In this document: one piece after another, positions 47,299-56,646 of the stretch
Layout of the letters: every line of letters begins with the position of its first letter
How positions within the stretch are numbered: position 1 is the first letter of the stretch
Assembly (NCBI GenBank): GCA_038874135.1
Contig: JAVZCZ010000001.1
Location: forward strand, 768,001-832,000
Source of the DNA: Candidatus Woesearchaeota archaeon
GTDB lineage: Archaea; Nanobdellota; Nanobdellia; Woesearchaeales; 0-14-0-80-44-23
DNA length: 64,000 nucleotides
Direction of reading: 5' to 3'
Program-made: the position numbers and the translations under genes
Notes under the pieces: generated by a model
Told to the model about the DNA's origin: nothing
Seen by the model: the letters and a program-made list of their open reading frames with translations, nothing else
Databases searched by the model: none

Positions 47299-47711
47299 TC
47301 TTCAACACCCCCTGGAACTATTTTAAAAACTGGATTTTGCAGTATTCTTCTCTTCTTCTTTAGTTTAATAAAATCTTCTGGACTTCTTCTTTCTAGCTTT
47401 CTGAGCAGGTGTTCATATTCAAATTCTAACTGCCCTCTTTTTGTTTTTATCATTCCTCTTCTTCTTATAATCCTTACCTTTGACCTGTTGAAGAGATAAC
47501 CTCTTCTCCTGCCTTCCATCCACACCTCAGTTAAGTACGCATCAATTGCTATGAGAGGATTTTCTGAATTTTTGAAACGCAAGAGTTGCGGGTGACTTCT
47601 ATACCCTTTTGTTCGTCCCGAAAGGACTTTCTTGGCGAGAAGGCCCTCCCTCCAGAGTGCAACTAAACCCTTCTGATCTAAGTATTTCGGGTGAAGTGTC
47701 CAGAGCCGCAT
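47283..47711 (-). CDS. Pyrimidine-dimer DNA glycosylase (T4 endonuclease V-like)
   Basis: MRLWTLHPKYLDQKGLVALWREGLLA...GYRSHPQL. Confidence 0.85.
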   Translation of the reverse strand: MRLWTLHPKYLDQKGLVALWREGLLAKKVLSGRTKGYRSHPQLLRFKNSENPLIAIDAYLTEVWMEGRRRGYLFNRSKVRIIRRRGMIKTKRGQLEFEYEHLLRKLERRSPEDFIKLKKKRRILQNPVFKIVPGGVEEWEKI

Positions 47712-47714
47712 TTT

Positions 47715-48197
47715 TCAGTTTAGCAACACTATGAAATAGTTAAGTATTAAAGCGAAGCTCACCCAGAGCAGATATGGGACTAGTAGTAATGCTGCTGTTT
47801 TTGAAGATTTTCTGAAAACGAAGATGTTTATAACTATCATAATCCAGAGGGCAAAAATATCAATTAGGGCAATGGCAGGCTTTCTTAATCCGAAGAATAA
47901 GAATGACCACATCAGATTTAATGCCAGCTGTCCAAAATATGCTGCCAGAGCAATCCTGCTTAGCTCATTCCTTTCCCACAATAAATAAAATGAGATTCCC
48001 ATCATTATGAACAAGGCGATCCACACTGGTGCGAACACCCAATTTGGAGGATTAAAAGACGGCTTGTTAATGCTGAGATACCAGGATTTTAATGAAGAGG
48101 ATGTCATGAGCGAGCCGAGCAGTCCTACAAGCAGAGGTATTGCCAGGGAGATTGCCAACCTTACAGTCCAGCCTAATCTTTCTGTTTTCTTTTTCAT
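47715..48197 (-). CDS. tspO: TspO/MBR family sensory protein
   Basis: WYLSINKPSFNPPNWVFAPVW, LNLMWSFLFFG, PYLLWVSFA. Confidence 0.9.
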   Translation of the reverse strand: MKKKTERLGWTVRLAISLAIPLLVGLLGSLMTSSSLKSWYLSINKPSFNPPNWVFAPVWIALFIMMGISFYLLWERNELSRIALAAYFGQLALNLMWSFLFFGLRKPAIALIDIFALWIMIVINIFVFRKSSKTAALLLVPYLLWVSFALILNYFIVLLN

Positions 48198-48243
48198 TCT
48201 TCCAAACCTCAAATAATAATTGGAATAGCAATTATAAATATCT

Positions 48244-49425
48244 TTACATTATATCTTCCTTTACAATCTCTCCAGGCAGCGTGGTCTTATCATTCCAAAT
48301 CTTCCTTCCAGGATAAATGGAAGTGTTTATGCCCGTGTGCACATTGTCCCCTATTATCGTCCCAAACTTTCTTCGGCCAGTATCTATGAGAATTCCCTTC
48401 ACCATTGATTTTATGTTGCCGTTGTCATGTCTGAGATTAGCAGTTATGTTTCCAGCTCCAATATTCACATTGTAACCCAGCACAGAGTCTCCAATATATG
48501 AGAGGTGTGCAACATTAGTGTTGTCAAATATTACAGAATTCTTTATCTCCACTGCATTTCCGATATGGCAGTTGTTACCAATGGTAGTGGAAGCTCTTAT
48601 GTAGCAGTTGGGTCCAATCCTGCAGTTCTCTCCTATCAGGACGGGGCCTTCAATATATGCGCCGCTCTTTACTATGCTTCCTCTTCCTACATGCACTTCG
48701 CCCTTTAAAGTTGCTCCTGGCTCGACAGTTCCCTCAATTTTACCCTTAAGAGAAGAGAGAGCCTTCTCATTTGCTTCTATTATGCTCCAGGGGTATGTTA
48801 TTGGAGTCCAATTGGATGCCTTGACGATTTTCACTCTTTCTTTCAGAGAGAGTTGTGTCACCATTTGAGTAAGCTCAAGCTCTCCCCTTTCAGACATTCT
48901 CTCTTCTTCGTTGAATATTCTTTCATTTAGGATGTAGCATCCGCAGTTTGCAAGATTTGAAGGCGGCTGCTTTGGCTTTTCCAAGATTCCTTTCAAAAAT
49001 CCCTCCTCTTCTATTATGACTCCAAATTCCTGAGGATTCTTAACCTCTGAAGCAAGGATTGTCAGCCCATCTTGAGCGCAGAGTCTTCTAATATCTTCCC
49101 TGTCATACAAGTCGTCTCCCATCAAAACGAGAAACCTTCCCCTGATTAGTTCCTTAGCGGTACCGAGTGCGTTTCCAGTGCCCAGCTGCTCCTTCTGTTC
49201 AGCATACCTTATAGGAATTCCTTTATACTCATTTCCTAGAAGGCTAATTATCATTTCCTTCTTGTAGCCAACAACTATTATGAATTCTGAGACAAATTCT
49301 GAGAGGGCATCTAAGGTGTGAAATATTATCTCTTTGTTGGCAACCTTCAGCATTGATTTAGGCCTCGTGGTTGTCAAAGGGTATGTCCTTGTGGAGTTTC
49401 CAGCTGCTAATATTACCGCTTGCAT
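48244..49425 (-). CDS. glmU: Bifunctional sugar-1-phosphate nucleotidylyltransferase/acetyltransferase (archaeal GlmU-like)
   Basis: VILAAGNSTR, hexapeptide repeats, HLSYIGDS, GAGNITANLR. Confidence 0.85.
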   Translation of the reverse strand: MQAVILAAGNSTRTYPLTTTRPKSMLKVANKEIIFHTLDALSEFVSEFIIVVGYKKEMIISLLGNEYKGIPIRYAEQKEQLGTGNALGTAKELIRGRFLVLMGDDLYDREDIRRLCAQDGLTILASEVKNPQEFGVIIEEEGFLKGILEKPKQPPSNLANCGCYILNERIFNEEERMSERGELELTQMVTQLSLKERVKIVKASNWTPITYPWSIIEANEKALSSLKGKIEGTVEPGATLKGEVHVGRGSIVKSGAYIEGPVLIGENCRIGPNCYIRASTTIGNNCHIGNAVEIKNSVIFDNTNVAHLSYIGDSVLGYNVNIGAGNITANLRHDNGNIKSMVKGILIDTGRRKFGTIIGDNVHTGINTSIYPGRKIWNDKTTLPGEIVKEDIM

Positions 49426-50771
49426 TTTATTCCAACCTCCCTTCTTGCAGCTTCTGCAATGCTGCTTGCAATTCGCTCTATCTCAGCTTCACTTTTCCCC
49501 TCAACCATTATCCTCATGAGATTTTCTGTTCCAGAATACCTTACCAGGATTCTTCCGTCTGGTTTAATGACCTTTTCAAAACTTTTGATTAGGCGCATAA
49601 GCCTAGGCATCTTTTCCAGCGGCTTTTTCTCTCTCACTTCAACATTCACAAGAGTTTGAGGCAGCTTTATTATGCACTTTTTTAGTTCTGAAAGCTTCTT
49701 TCCAGTTATTCTCATTGTTCTAAGCACCTGCAGGGCGGCTATTGTTCCGTCCCCAGTCGTGGAAGCATCCATAAGTATTATGTGCCCCGACTGCTCCCCG
49801 CCAAAATTCAGGTTTTTCCTTCTAAGCATATCCACAACATACCTGTCCCCTACATCTGTTCTTAACACTCTTATGCCGTGTTCCCTCATAGCGATTTCAA
49901 GGCCCATGTTGCTCATAGTTGTGGCAACTATGGCGTCATCCTTTAGGCGCCCCTCCCTCTTGAGCTGTAATGCCAGGATTGCCATCACCTCATCACCATC
50001 AACTAACTCGCCGTTTTCATCACACATTATTAGCCTGTCCGCATCTCCGTCCAGTGCTATGCCTACATCTGCTGCTTCTTCTCTTACACGCTGTATCATA
50101 CCTTCAGGGTAGAGGGCTCCGCAGTTCTGGTTTATGTTAAGTCCATTAGGCTGGTTGTTCAGCACTACGACATCTGCGCCGAGCTCAGATAATATTGCTG
50201 GGGAAATCTTATAGGCAGCACCGTTTGCGCAGTCCAGCACGATTTTTAAACCCTTCAAGGAGATGTTATTGGCTGAGGCCTTTGCAAATTCAATATACCT
50301 GCCAGCGGCGTCATCAATTCTGAAAGCCCTTCCAATCCTTTCTCCAGTTACACCAGAGCTTACACCACCTTTTAGGGCAATCTCTTCTATCCTGTGCTCC
50401 TCCCAGTCGGCAAGTTTGAAGCCATCTCTTGAAAAGAATTTGATTCCGTTATGCTCCGCAGGATTATGAGATGCAGAAACTACGATTCCAGCGTCTGCAG
50501 AAAAACTTCGCACCAGATGGGCAACTGCAGGAGTTGGCATTGGGCCTACGAGGAGCACGTCAGCTCCTGCGGAGCATAGTCCAGATGTCAGGGCGTATTC
50601 TATCATGTAGCCTGAGCGCCTAGTGTCCTTTCCGATTACTATCCTGCTCTTTTTTGAGTAGTTCTTAAAAAATAATCCAGCTGCCCTTCCCACCTTGAGA
50701 GCAATCTCTGGAGTCATAGGGTATGTGTTGGCTATTCCCCTTATGCCGTCAGTTCCGAAGAGCTTTTTCAT
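49413..50771 (-). CDS. glmM: Phosphoglucosamine mutase
   Basis: LFGTDGIRG, SASHNP, DGDADR, GGEQSGH, RYSGTE. Confidence 0.95.
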   Translation of the reverse strand: MKKLFGTDGIRGIANTYPMTPEIALKVGRAAGLFFKNYSKKSRIVIGKDTRRSGYMIEYALTSGLCSAGADVLLVGPMPTPAVAHLVRSFSADAGIVVSASHNPAEHNGIKFFSRDGFKLADWEEHRIEEIALKGGVSSGVTGERIGRAFRIDDAAGRYIEFAKASANNISLKGLKIVLDCANGAAYKISPAILSELGADVVVLNNQPNGLNINQNCGALYPEGMIQRVREEAADVGIALDGDADRLIMCDENGELVDGDEVMAILALQLKREGRLKDDAIVATTMSNMGLEIAMREHGIRVLRTDVGDRYVVDMLRRKNLNFGGEQSGHIILMDASTTGDGTIAALQVLRTMRITGKKLSELKKCIIKLPQTLVNVEVREKKPLEKMPRLMRLIKSFEKVIKPDGRILVRYSGTENLMRIMVEGKSEAEIERIASSIAEAARREVGIKCKR

Positions 50772-51475
50772 TTTAACCACGCTTTTAATGTTTTCCATTC
50801 TAACTTTGAGCGATTTCTAACTATGAGGTCTGCTTCGGAGAAGTTATGGCTTCTGCTAAGGCTGTTTGGAACTGCTATGCATGACATTCCCGCCCTTTTT
50901 GCAGCTATAACCCCAGTTTCAGAATCTTCAAAAACAAGGATTTCGCTTCCTTTTAGGCCTAAACGCTTTGCGCATTTAAGATAAGTTTCAGGATGCGGCT
51001 TTCTCTTCTTTACATCGTCTGCTGTTATTATGCACTTAAACTTTCCGTAAAGTCCTACTTTTTTGAGAAATTTTGTAGTTAACTCAGAATTGGTTCCAGT
51101 GGCAATTCCTAGAATTATTTTTTTTCTTTTCAGTACGCTTATAAGTTTTTTCAGATGAGGGTCCGGGCGAAGTTTAAATCTTTTCAACATCTCTACTGCT
51201 ATTAAGCGTCTCTCTCTAGAGAGTTCTTCCTCGTCTTTTGAGATTCCAACCTCAGCGACCTTCTTTTTTAGAAGCTCTCCTTCGTATCTGCCAACCCAAG
51301 CAATGTACTCTTTTAGAGTTAAATCAGAGCCGTAGCGCCTTAGCAGCTTTCTTGCAGAGTAGAACCAAAGCTTCTCGCTATTGAGAAGCGTTCCATCCAT
51401 ATCAAAGATGACTGCCCTTATTCTCCCGCTGTTTTTTTCTTGAATATTTTTAAGCTTGTTGGATTTCAAAACCAT
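50768..51475 (-). CDS. HAD-family phosphatase (beta-PGM-like)
   Basis: FDMDGTL, KPHPE, FEDS. Confidence 0.9.
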   Translation of the reverse strand: MVLKSNKLKNIQEKNSGRIRAVIFDMDGTLLNSEKLWFYSARKLLRRYGSDLTLKEYIAWVGRYEGELLKKKVAEVGISKDEEELSRERRLIAVEMLKRFKLRPDPHLKKLISVLKRKKIILGIATGTNSELTTKFLKKVGLYGKFKCIITADDVKKRKPHPETYLKCAKRLGLKGSEILVFEDSETGVIAAKRAGMSCIAVPNSLSRSHNFSEADLIVRNRSKLEWKTLKAWLK

Positions 51476-51598
51476 GATAGCTAGGGTAAATTTGAATTCA
51501 TATTTAAGTATTATTAAAAAAATTATAATACCATTATAAAAAAATTTATAATATTTTTTTGCGATAAAAATAAATGCTGCAAATAAAACACACCATGC

Positions 51599-52189
51599 AT
51601 GAAGCCGGAGTCAAGAATTTTAGGAATAGATGACGGCCCATTCAACAAGTTTTCAGGTTGTAAGAGGGCTTTAGTGGTGGGAGCACTATTTAGGGGCTGC
51701 CACTTTCTGGACGGGGTACTATCCACTACAGCAGAAGTAGATGGTCTTGACGCAACTGCTAACATAATAAACATGATAAAGCGCTCACGATTCTATGCTC
51801 AGATTCGTATAATCCTTTTTAAAGGGATAGCAGTTGGCGGTTTTAACATTTTAGACATAAAAGAGATACACAGGAAAACAAGAATACCGGTGATAATTTT
51901 TATGAGAAGGCTTCCCGATCTTGAAAAGATTAAGGGAGCACTTTCCAATCTGCCCCTCTCAGAAAAAAGATGGCTACTAATAAGAAAAGCGGGAAGGATT
52001 TACACAATAAGAATATTCCACAGGGACTCTGAAAAGCAGGCGTATCTTCAACTTGCAGGCATCAAGCTTTGCGAGGCAGAACCGATAATAAGAGCGAGCT
52101 GCACCCACTCAGCAATTCCCGAACCGCTTAGGATCGCACACATAATCGCATCCGGAATCATTAAGGGAGAAAGTAGGGGTAAGGCATAA
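51599..52189 (+). CDS. DUF99 family (endonuclease V-like) protein
   Basis: ILGIDDGPF, VDGLDAT, IPEPLRIAH. Confidence 0.85.
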   Translation: MKPESRILGIDDGPFNKFSGCKRALVVGALFRGCHFLDGVLSTTAEVDGLDATANIINMIKRSRFYAQIRIILFKGIAVGGFNILDIKEIHRKTRIPVIIFMRRLPDLEKIKGALSNLPLSEKRWLLIRKAGRIYTIRIFHRDSEKQAYLQLAGIKLCEAEPIIRASCTHSAIPEPLRIAHIIASGIIKGESRGKA

Positions 52190-52222
52190 ATTTATTAATT
52201 GGCTAAAAATATTCTTTCTCAA

Positions 52223-53359
52223 ATGAAACTTCCTAACTATAATGGGGGAAGCATTCTGAACCTAATGGCATCTATTCAGAACGCGCTCGGAGGAAAATCA
52301 TTATACCCAGAACTTAGACTGCTTCCCTCATCTAAGCTAGCTAGAAAAAAAATAATCCTTATGATAATTGATGGACTTGGGTTTGAATATCTCAGAAGAA
52401 AGGAGAGCTTCCTTAATTCTCACATAAAAGGAAAAATTACTTCAGTGTTTCCTTCCACAACTGCAGCTGCAATAACAACATTCATGACGGGGCTGGCTCC
52501 TCAGCAGCACGCAGTCCCGGGGTGGTTCACCTTTATAAAAGAAGCTGGCGAGGTTGCAATAGTTTTTCCATTCACTACAAGAACTTCTAAGATTCCACTT
52601 CAGAAGAAAGGCCTTACATTTTCCCAAGTTATAGATGTGGACTCCATTTCAAGGAGAATAAGATTCCCTGTAATTTACATCTCTAAAAGTGAGCTTGCCA
52701 GAAGTGGATACACTCGCAGAATGCAGTTTAGTAAGCGGATTGGAGTTTCAAATTTCAGGGAGTTCATATCTAAAATCAGAAAGCAGAGCAATACTAAAGT
52801 GAGGAAGTTGATAATTGCTTACTGGCCCGATTTTGATGCGGTGTGCCACAAACACGGCGTGGAGAGTAAGAATGCTTCTCAGGTTTTCCAGCAAATAGCT
52901 TCAGGGATTAAGAATTTGACTGCTAAGCTTCCGAAGGATTGCGTGCTCATAATAACTTCTGATCACGGCTTAATAGATGCTGAGAAGACAATTCTTTTAG
53001 ATGAGCATCCAAGGCTTAAAGAGTGCCTGAAACTTCCGCTTTGCGGAGAGACGAGGGTAGTGTACTGTTATGTTCATCCTTCAAAGAAGAGCGAGTTTGA
53101 AAGGTATGTCAAGAGCAGAATGCAGAGGTACTGCCAACTCTACACCAGCAGGGACATACTTTCAAGGCACTTCTTCGGACCGTTTAAGCCGAATCCCAAG
53201 CTTAAAAGCAGGATTGGCGACTACATTCTAATTATGAAGGGCAGGTATGCCATGCGTGACATTCTAAATGAGGAAGAAAAAAGAACTAAACTAATTGGCA
53301 ACCACGGAGGAGTTTCTAAGGAGGAAATGTACATTCCGCTAGTACTCTTTCAGAGTTAA
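52223..53359 (+). CDS. Alkaline phosphatase superfamily (nucleotide pyrophosphatase-like) protein
   Basis: IIDGLG, SVFPSTT, DAVCH, TSDHG, GNHGG. Confidence 0.85.
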   Translation: MKLPNYNGGSILNLMASIQNALGGKSLYPELRLLPSSKLARKKIILMIIDGLGFEYLRRKESFLNSHIKGKITSVFPSTTAAAITTFMTGLAPQQHAVPGWFTFIKEAGEVAIVFPFTTRTSKIPLQKKGLTFSQVIDVDSISRRIRFPVIYISKSELARSGYTRRMQFSKRIGVSNFREFISKIRKQSNTKVRKLIIAYWPDFDAVCHKHGVESKNASQVFQQIASGIKNLTAKLPKDCVLIITSDHGLIDAEKTILLDEHPRLKECLKLPLCGETRVVYCYVHPSKKSEFERYVKSRMQRYCQLYTSRDILSRHFFGPFKPNPKLKSRIGDYILIMKGRYAMRDILNEEEKRTKLIGNHGGVSKEEMYIPLVLFQS

Positions 53360-53360
53360 G

Positions 53361-55289
53361 CTAAATGATGTCTACTTCTCTTATACAATCCTGCACAAGT
53401 GCTTGGCAGTCGTCCATAAGGTTTATTACTTCCTGGTTCTGAGACGCTTTCCTAATCTGCCTTATCCTGTCTATAATCTGTCTGAAGAATCTTATCAAGT
53501 CCCCTTCAGGCATGCTAGTGTTGTCTATTATGAAGAATATATCCTTCTTGTTATAGCAGGGGTAGAGCAGCGCATTAACCTCGTCTATTGCTCTAAACCT
53601 TTTTTCTTTCTTCATCCAGCCGCTCTCTGAAATTCTATGCTTAAGATTGCTTGCAGATTTATTTTTGAAAAGGTTCTTAAATTCAATCTTGTCAGAGCCC
53701 TCATACGCTAAGCACCCTAAGATTAGGAGCACCTGGTAAAGGTTAAGGCGCTTGTAAAAGTTCGTGCCGAATATCTCGCTAGTGATTATCTCATCTGAAT
53801 AAATCTTGGAAGCAAATTCCCCCTTGTCCGTAAGCCCCCCTTCATATATGTAGCCCATCCTTTCAAGCTTTTTCCTTATCCTGTCAAAGGCGTTGTGGCT
53901 CCTGTAATTTCTCATGAGTCTGAACCTTTCACCGTATTGCTGGTATGAACTGAAGCTCTTGCAGAGTATCTCCTGAATTTCCTCTTCGTTGTGATTCTTT
54001 ATAAGATTTAGAACTGTGTTGACAGAAAGGCGAAACTGGGAAACTATGGGATCCTTATCCTCATCAGTTATCTCCTTGAACTTCTTGTAATCAAAGTCGC
54101 GCCGGTCTATCAGCACATAAGCATAACCTTCCTTGTCAATCCCGCGCCTGCCAGCCCTGCCTGCAATCTGAAAATATTCCTTAGATGTTAGATACCTAAA
54201 CTGTATGCCATCATACTTTCTCATTGATTCAAAACAAACCATCTTAGCAGGCATGTTTATGCCTACTGCAAAGGTTTCAGTCACATACAAAACATTTATC
54301 CATCCCTTAGCGAAAAGCTCTTCAACCAACTCTTTAATTACAGGAAGCTCTCCAGCGTGGTGAAAGCCTATGCCGTACGGAAGGGTTCTTCTAAGAATCT
54401 GAGTAGTTTCCAGCTGGCTAACCTCAGGAGGTGCCTGTGCTAATTTCTTTGCTACATACTCTGAAATCTGCGGGTTTGCCTTGAACACATTAGCTTCAGT
54501 AAGCTCTAATGCCATCTTCTGGCAGAGGCTTCTTGAGAAAACGAAGAACAAGCAGGGAATCTTATCTTTAAGGTCCTTAATAACCTGCACGTGGTCTGGC
54601 TTCTGCACAAGATTTCTCTTCTTTTGCTTTCCATGCCCCCGCATAATCCTGTGATAGTCAGGCGCTTCTACAATGTCTCTAACCTCTTCCAGAGTGCAGA
54701 CTCCAAGCTGAAAGTCATAAAAGCCCCTTCTGAGCGGCACCGGCCTAACTGTGTGCTTTATTACTTCCACCTTATGCCCCTTTATCGCTTCAATCCAGGC
54801 TGCGAACTGTTCAGCATTCGGAATTGTTGCAGACAAGCAGAGAAATCTTATGTTTGGCGGGGAAAATATGATTGACTCCTCCCAAACATATCCCCTTTCA
54901 AAATCGTTTATGTAGTGAATCTCATCAAGAACAACATATGAGACCTCTTCTATCATTGGATCCCTTGACAGAACCATGTTGCGATATACTTCAGTAGTCA
55001 TTATCAGGATTGGCGCATTTGGGTTTCTGACTATGTCTCCAGTCATTAAGCCTATGTTTTCTTCTCCGTAATCATTTGAGAACTCCCTATATTTCTGGTT
55101 GGAAAGTGCCTTTATCGGAGCAGTATATATAACCCTTATGCCCCTCTTTAAGTCCCTTCCAATAATGTAGTCTGCAATTAGAGTCTTCCCAGAACCAGTA
55201 GGCGCAGATACAACTACTGAATGGTTTGAGTCAATAGCTCTTATGGCGTCTTCTTGAAACTTGTCTAATCTAAGCCCTTTATATTCCAT
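53361..55289 (-). CDS. Ski2/HelY-like SF2 RNA helicase
   Basis: APTGSGKT, PIKALSNQK, DEIH, SAT, QIAGRAGRRG. Confidence 0.9.
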   Translation of the reverse strand: MEYKGLRLDKFQEDAIRAIDSNHSVVVSAPTGSGKTLIADYIIGRDLKRGIRVIYTAPIKALSNQKYREFSNDYGEENIGLMTGDIVRNPNAPILIMTTEVYRNMVLSRDPMIEEVSYVVLDEIHYINDFERGYVWEESIIFSPPNIRFLCLSATIPNAEQFAAWIEAIKGHKVEVIKHTVRPVPLRRGFYDFQLGVCTLEEVRDIVEAPDYHRIMRGHGKQKKRNLVQKPDHVQVIKDLKDKIPCLFFVFSRSLCQKMALELTEANVFKANPQISEYVAKKLAQAPPEVSQLETTQILRRTLPYGIGFHHAGELPVIKELVEELFAKGWINVLYVTETFAVGINMPAKMVCFESMRKYDGIQFRYLTSKEYFQIAGRAGRRGIDKEGYAYVLIDRRDFDYKKFKEITDEDKDPIVSQFRLSVNTVLNLIKNHNEEEIQEILCKSFSSYQQYGERFRLMRNYRSHNAFDRIRKKLERMGYIYEGGLTDKGEFASKIYSDEIITSEIFGTNFYKRLNLYQVLLILGCLAYEGSDKIEFKNLFKNKSASNLKHRISESGWMKKEKRFRAIDEVNALLYPCYNKKDIFFIIDNTSMPEGDLIRFFRQIIDRIRQIRKASQNQEVINLMDDCQALVQDCIREVDII

Positions 55290-55313
55290 TCTAACATGTT
55301 AATAGAGAACTGC

Positions 55314-55640
55314 TTAATAATGTTTTGCACTTATAACTATAATCTCGTAAGACCTAAGATACGCTTCAGCATTCTTCTTATCCAGCATGGCATAGTACCT
55401 GTTAAGCCGTAAAAATTCTTCTCTTCCAACTCCAAGAGCGCAATATTCCAAAAGGGTTTCTAAGAGATATTCAATATCTTCAATCTTCCTATCATTCGTC
55501 ATTATTATCCTCTCAATTTTAGAATGAACAAAAGGCATTACACTCTCTGCTTTTCTTCTAACATATTCCAGCTTCTTATCAAAACTTTCAAACTTCTCAA
55601 TTCCCGAAAGGTCAAGGCTTGTTATGTCACAGTGCAGCAT
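55314..55640 (-). CDS. Hypothetical protein
   Basis: 108-aa ORF with GAGGGG SD, co-oriented with neighbours. Confidence 0.6.
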   Translation of the reverse strand: MLHCDITSLDLSGIEKFESFDKKLEYVRRKAESVMPFVHSKIERIIMTNDRKIEDIEYLLETLLEYCALGVGREEFLRLNRYYAMLDKKNAEAYLRSYEIIVISAKHY

Positions 55641-55678
55641 GCCAGCAAGTTCAAACCCCTCTTATTTAAATTTAATGT

Positions 55679-56560
55679 TCACTGGCCATGCTCCTCTTCA
55701 AACTCCTGTATGAATTTCAGAAGTTCAGCAGCGTCTTCAAACTCCATAAACTCCTTCTTAGTTAGTGAAGGGACATCTTTGGGCTTATGCCTATCCACAA
55801 TTGCTAATCGGGCGGCTCCTATAAGCCTAGATATCCCCGTTAGGACTGGGCTGGGCTTGTCTCCCAGCTTTGTCAGTATGACCTGCTTCTTCTCCCGCTT
55901 GGCAATCAGGTCAAAAGGCATCCGCCGTGTTTCTACAGCGGAAAATCCTAAAGCGGAGTACTTCCTTGCAAAAACAGACCTGGCTTGAGGATATTCTTCT
56001 AAGGGCTTGTTTTCCAGCCCTTCCCTTTTAAATACAGAACTTCCGAATAGTCTGTAAAGCTTTTCAGCCCTGGAGAGTATGATGGAAGACTTGCCAGATT
56101 CGTATTCTAAGACCATCTTTCTTGAAACTCCCAAGTATTCTGACATCTGGCCTATGGAGATTCCTTTCGCAATTCTAGCCTGTCTTAGCTTCTCAGGATC
56201 AATTGTAACAGTAAGTCCTGCCTTGCTCCTCTTTATTACTGCGTTTTCGCCCTTAAGGCAACGCTTCAGCGTTTTAAGGTTCATAGTCGTGATTCCGAAC
56301 CTTTCGTACACCACGCCGTCCTTCAGTAGGGTGCCAGCTTTATTTGCAACTATGATTATGGGCACGTTCAGACAGGAAGATATCTTTCTAAACTCCTCAG
56401 CCTGGACTTCTGAGATTGAATTTGCATCTTCCAAAACCTTTACAAACAGTATCCTCTCAGAGTCCCTGGCAATTATCTCAAATGGGCCGCTTAGAGTTTT
56501 GACTGTGAACCCTTCACTGAGAAGCGCAAGGCTTGCACTTTCAACTATCTGCTTCTGCAT
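55679..56560 (-). CDS. Archaeal HTH transcriptional regulator (COG1395-like, Cro/C1 HTH between nuclease-like folds)
   Basis: LKDGVVYERFG, LRQAR...LGVSRKMVLEYESG, PFDLIAK. Confidence 0.8.
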   Translation of the reverse strand: MQKQIVESASLALLSEGFTVKTLSGPFEIIARDSERILFVKVLEDANSISEVQAEEFRKISSCLNVPIIIVANKAGTLLKDGVVYERFGITTMNLKTLKRCLKGENAVIKRSKAGLTVTIDPEKLRQARIAKGISIGQMSEYLGVSRKMVLEYESGKSSIILSRAEKLYRLFGSSVFKREGLENKPLEEYPQARSVFARKYSALGFSAVETRRMPFDLIAKREKKQVILTKLGDKPSPVLTGISRLIGAARLAIVDRHKPKDVPSLTKKEFMEFEDAAELLKFIQEFEEEHGQ

Positions 56561-56646
56561 AATAGATATTAAACCGCTGAAGCTTTAAAAATTTGCTCAT
56601 AATTTGGGTTAAATTTATTAAATGCTGACCAATTTTTAGTTTTGAA

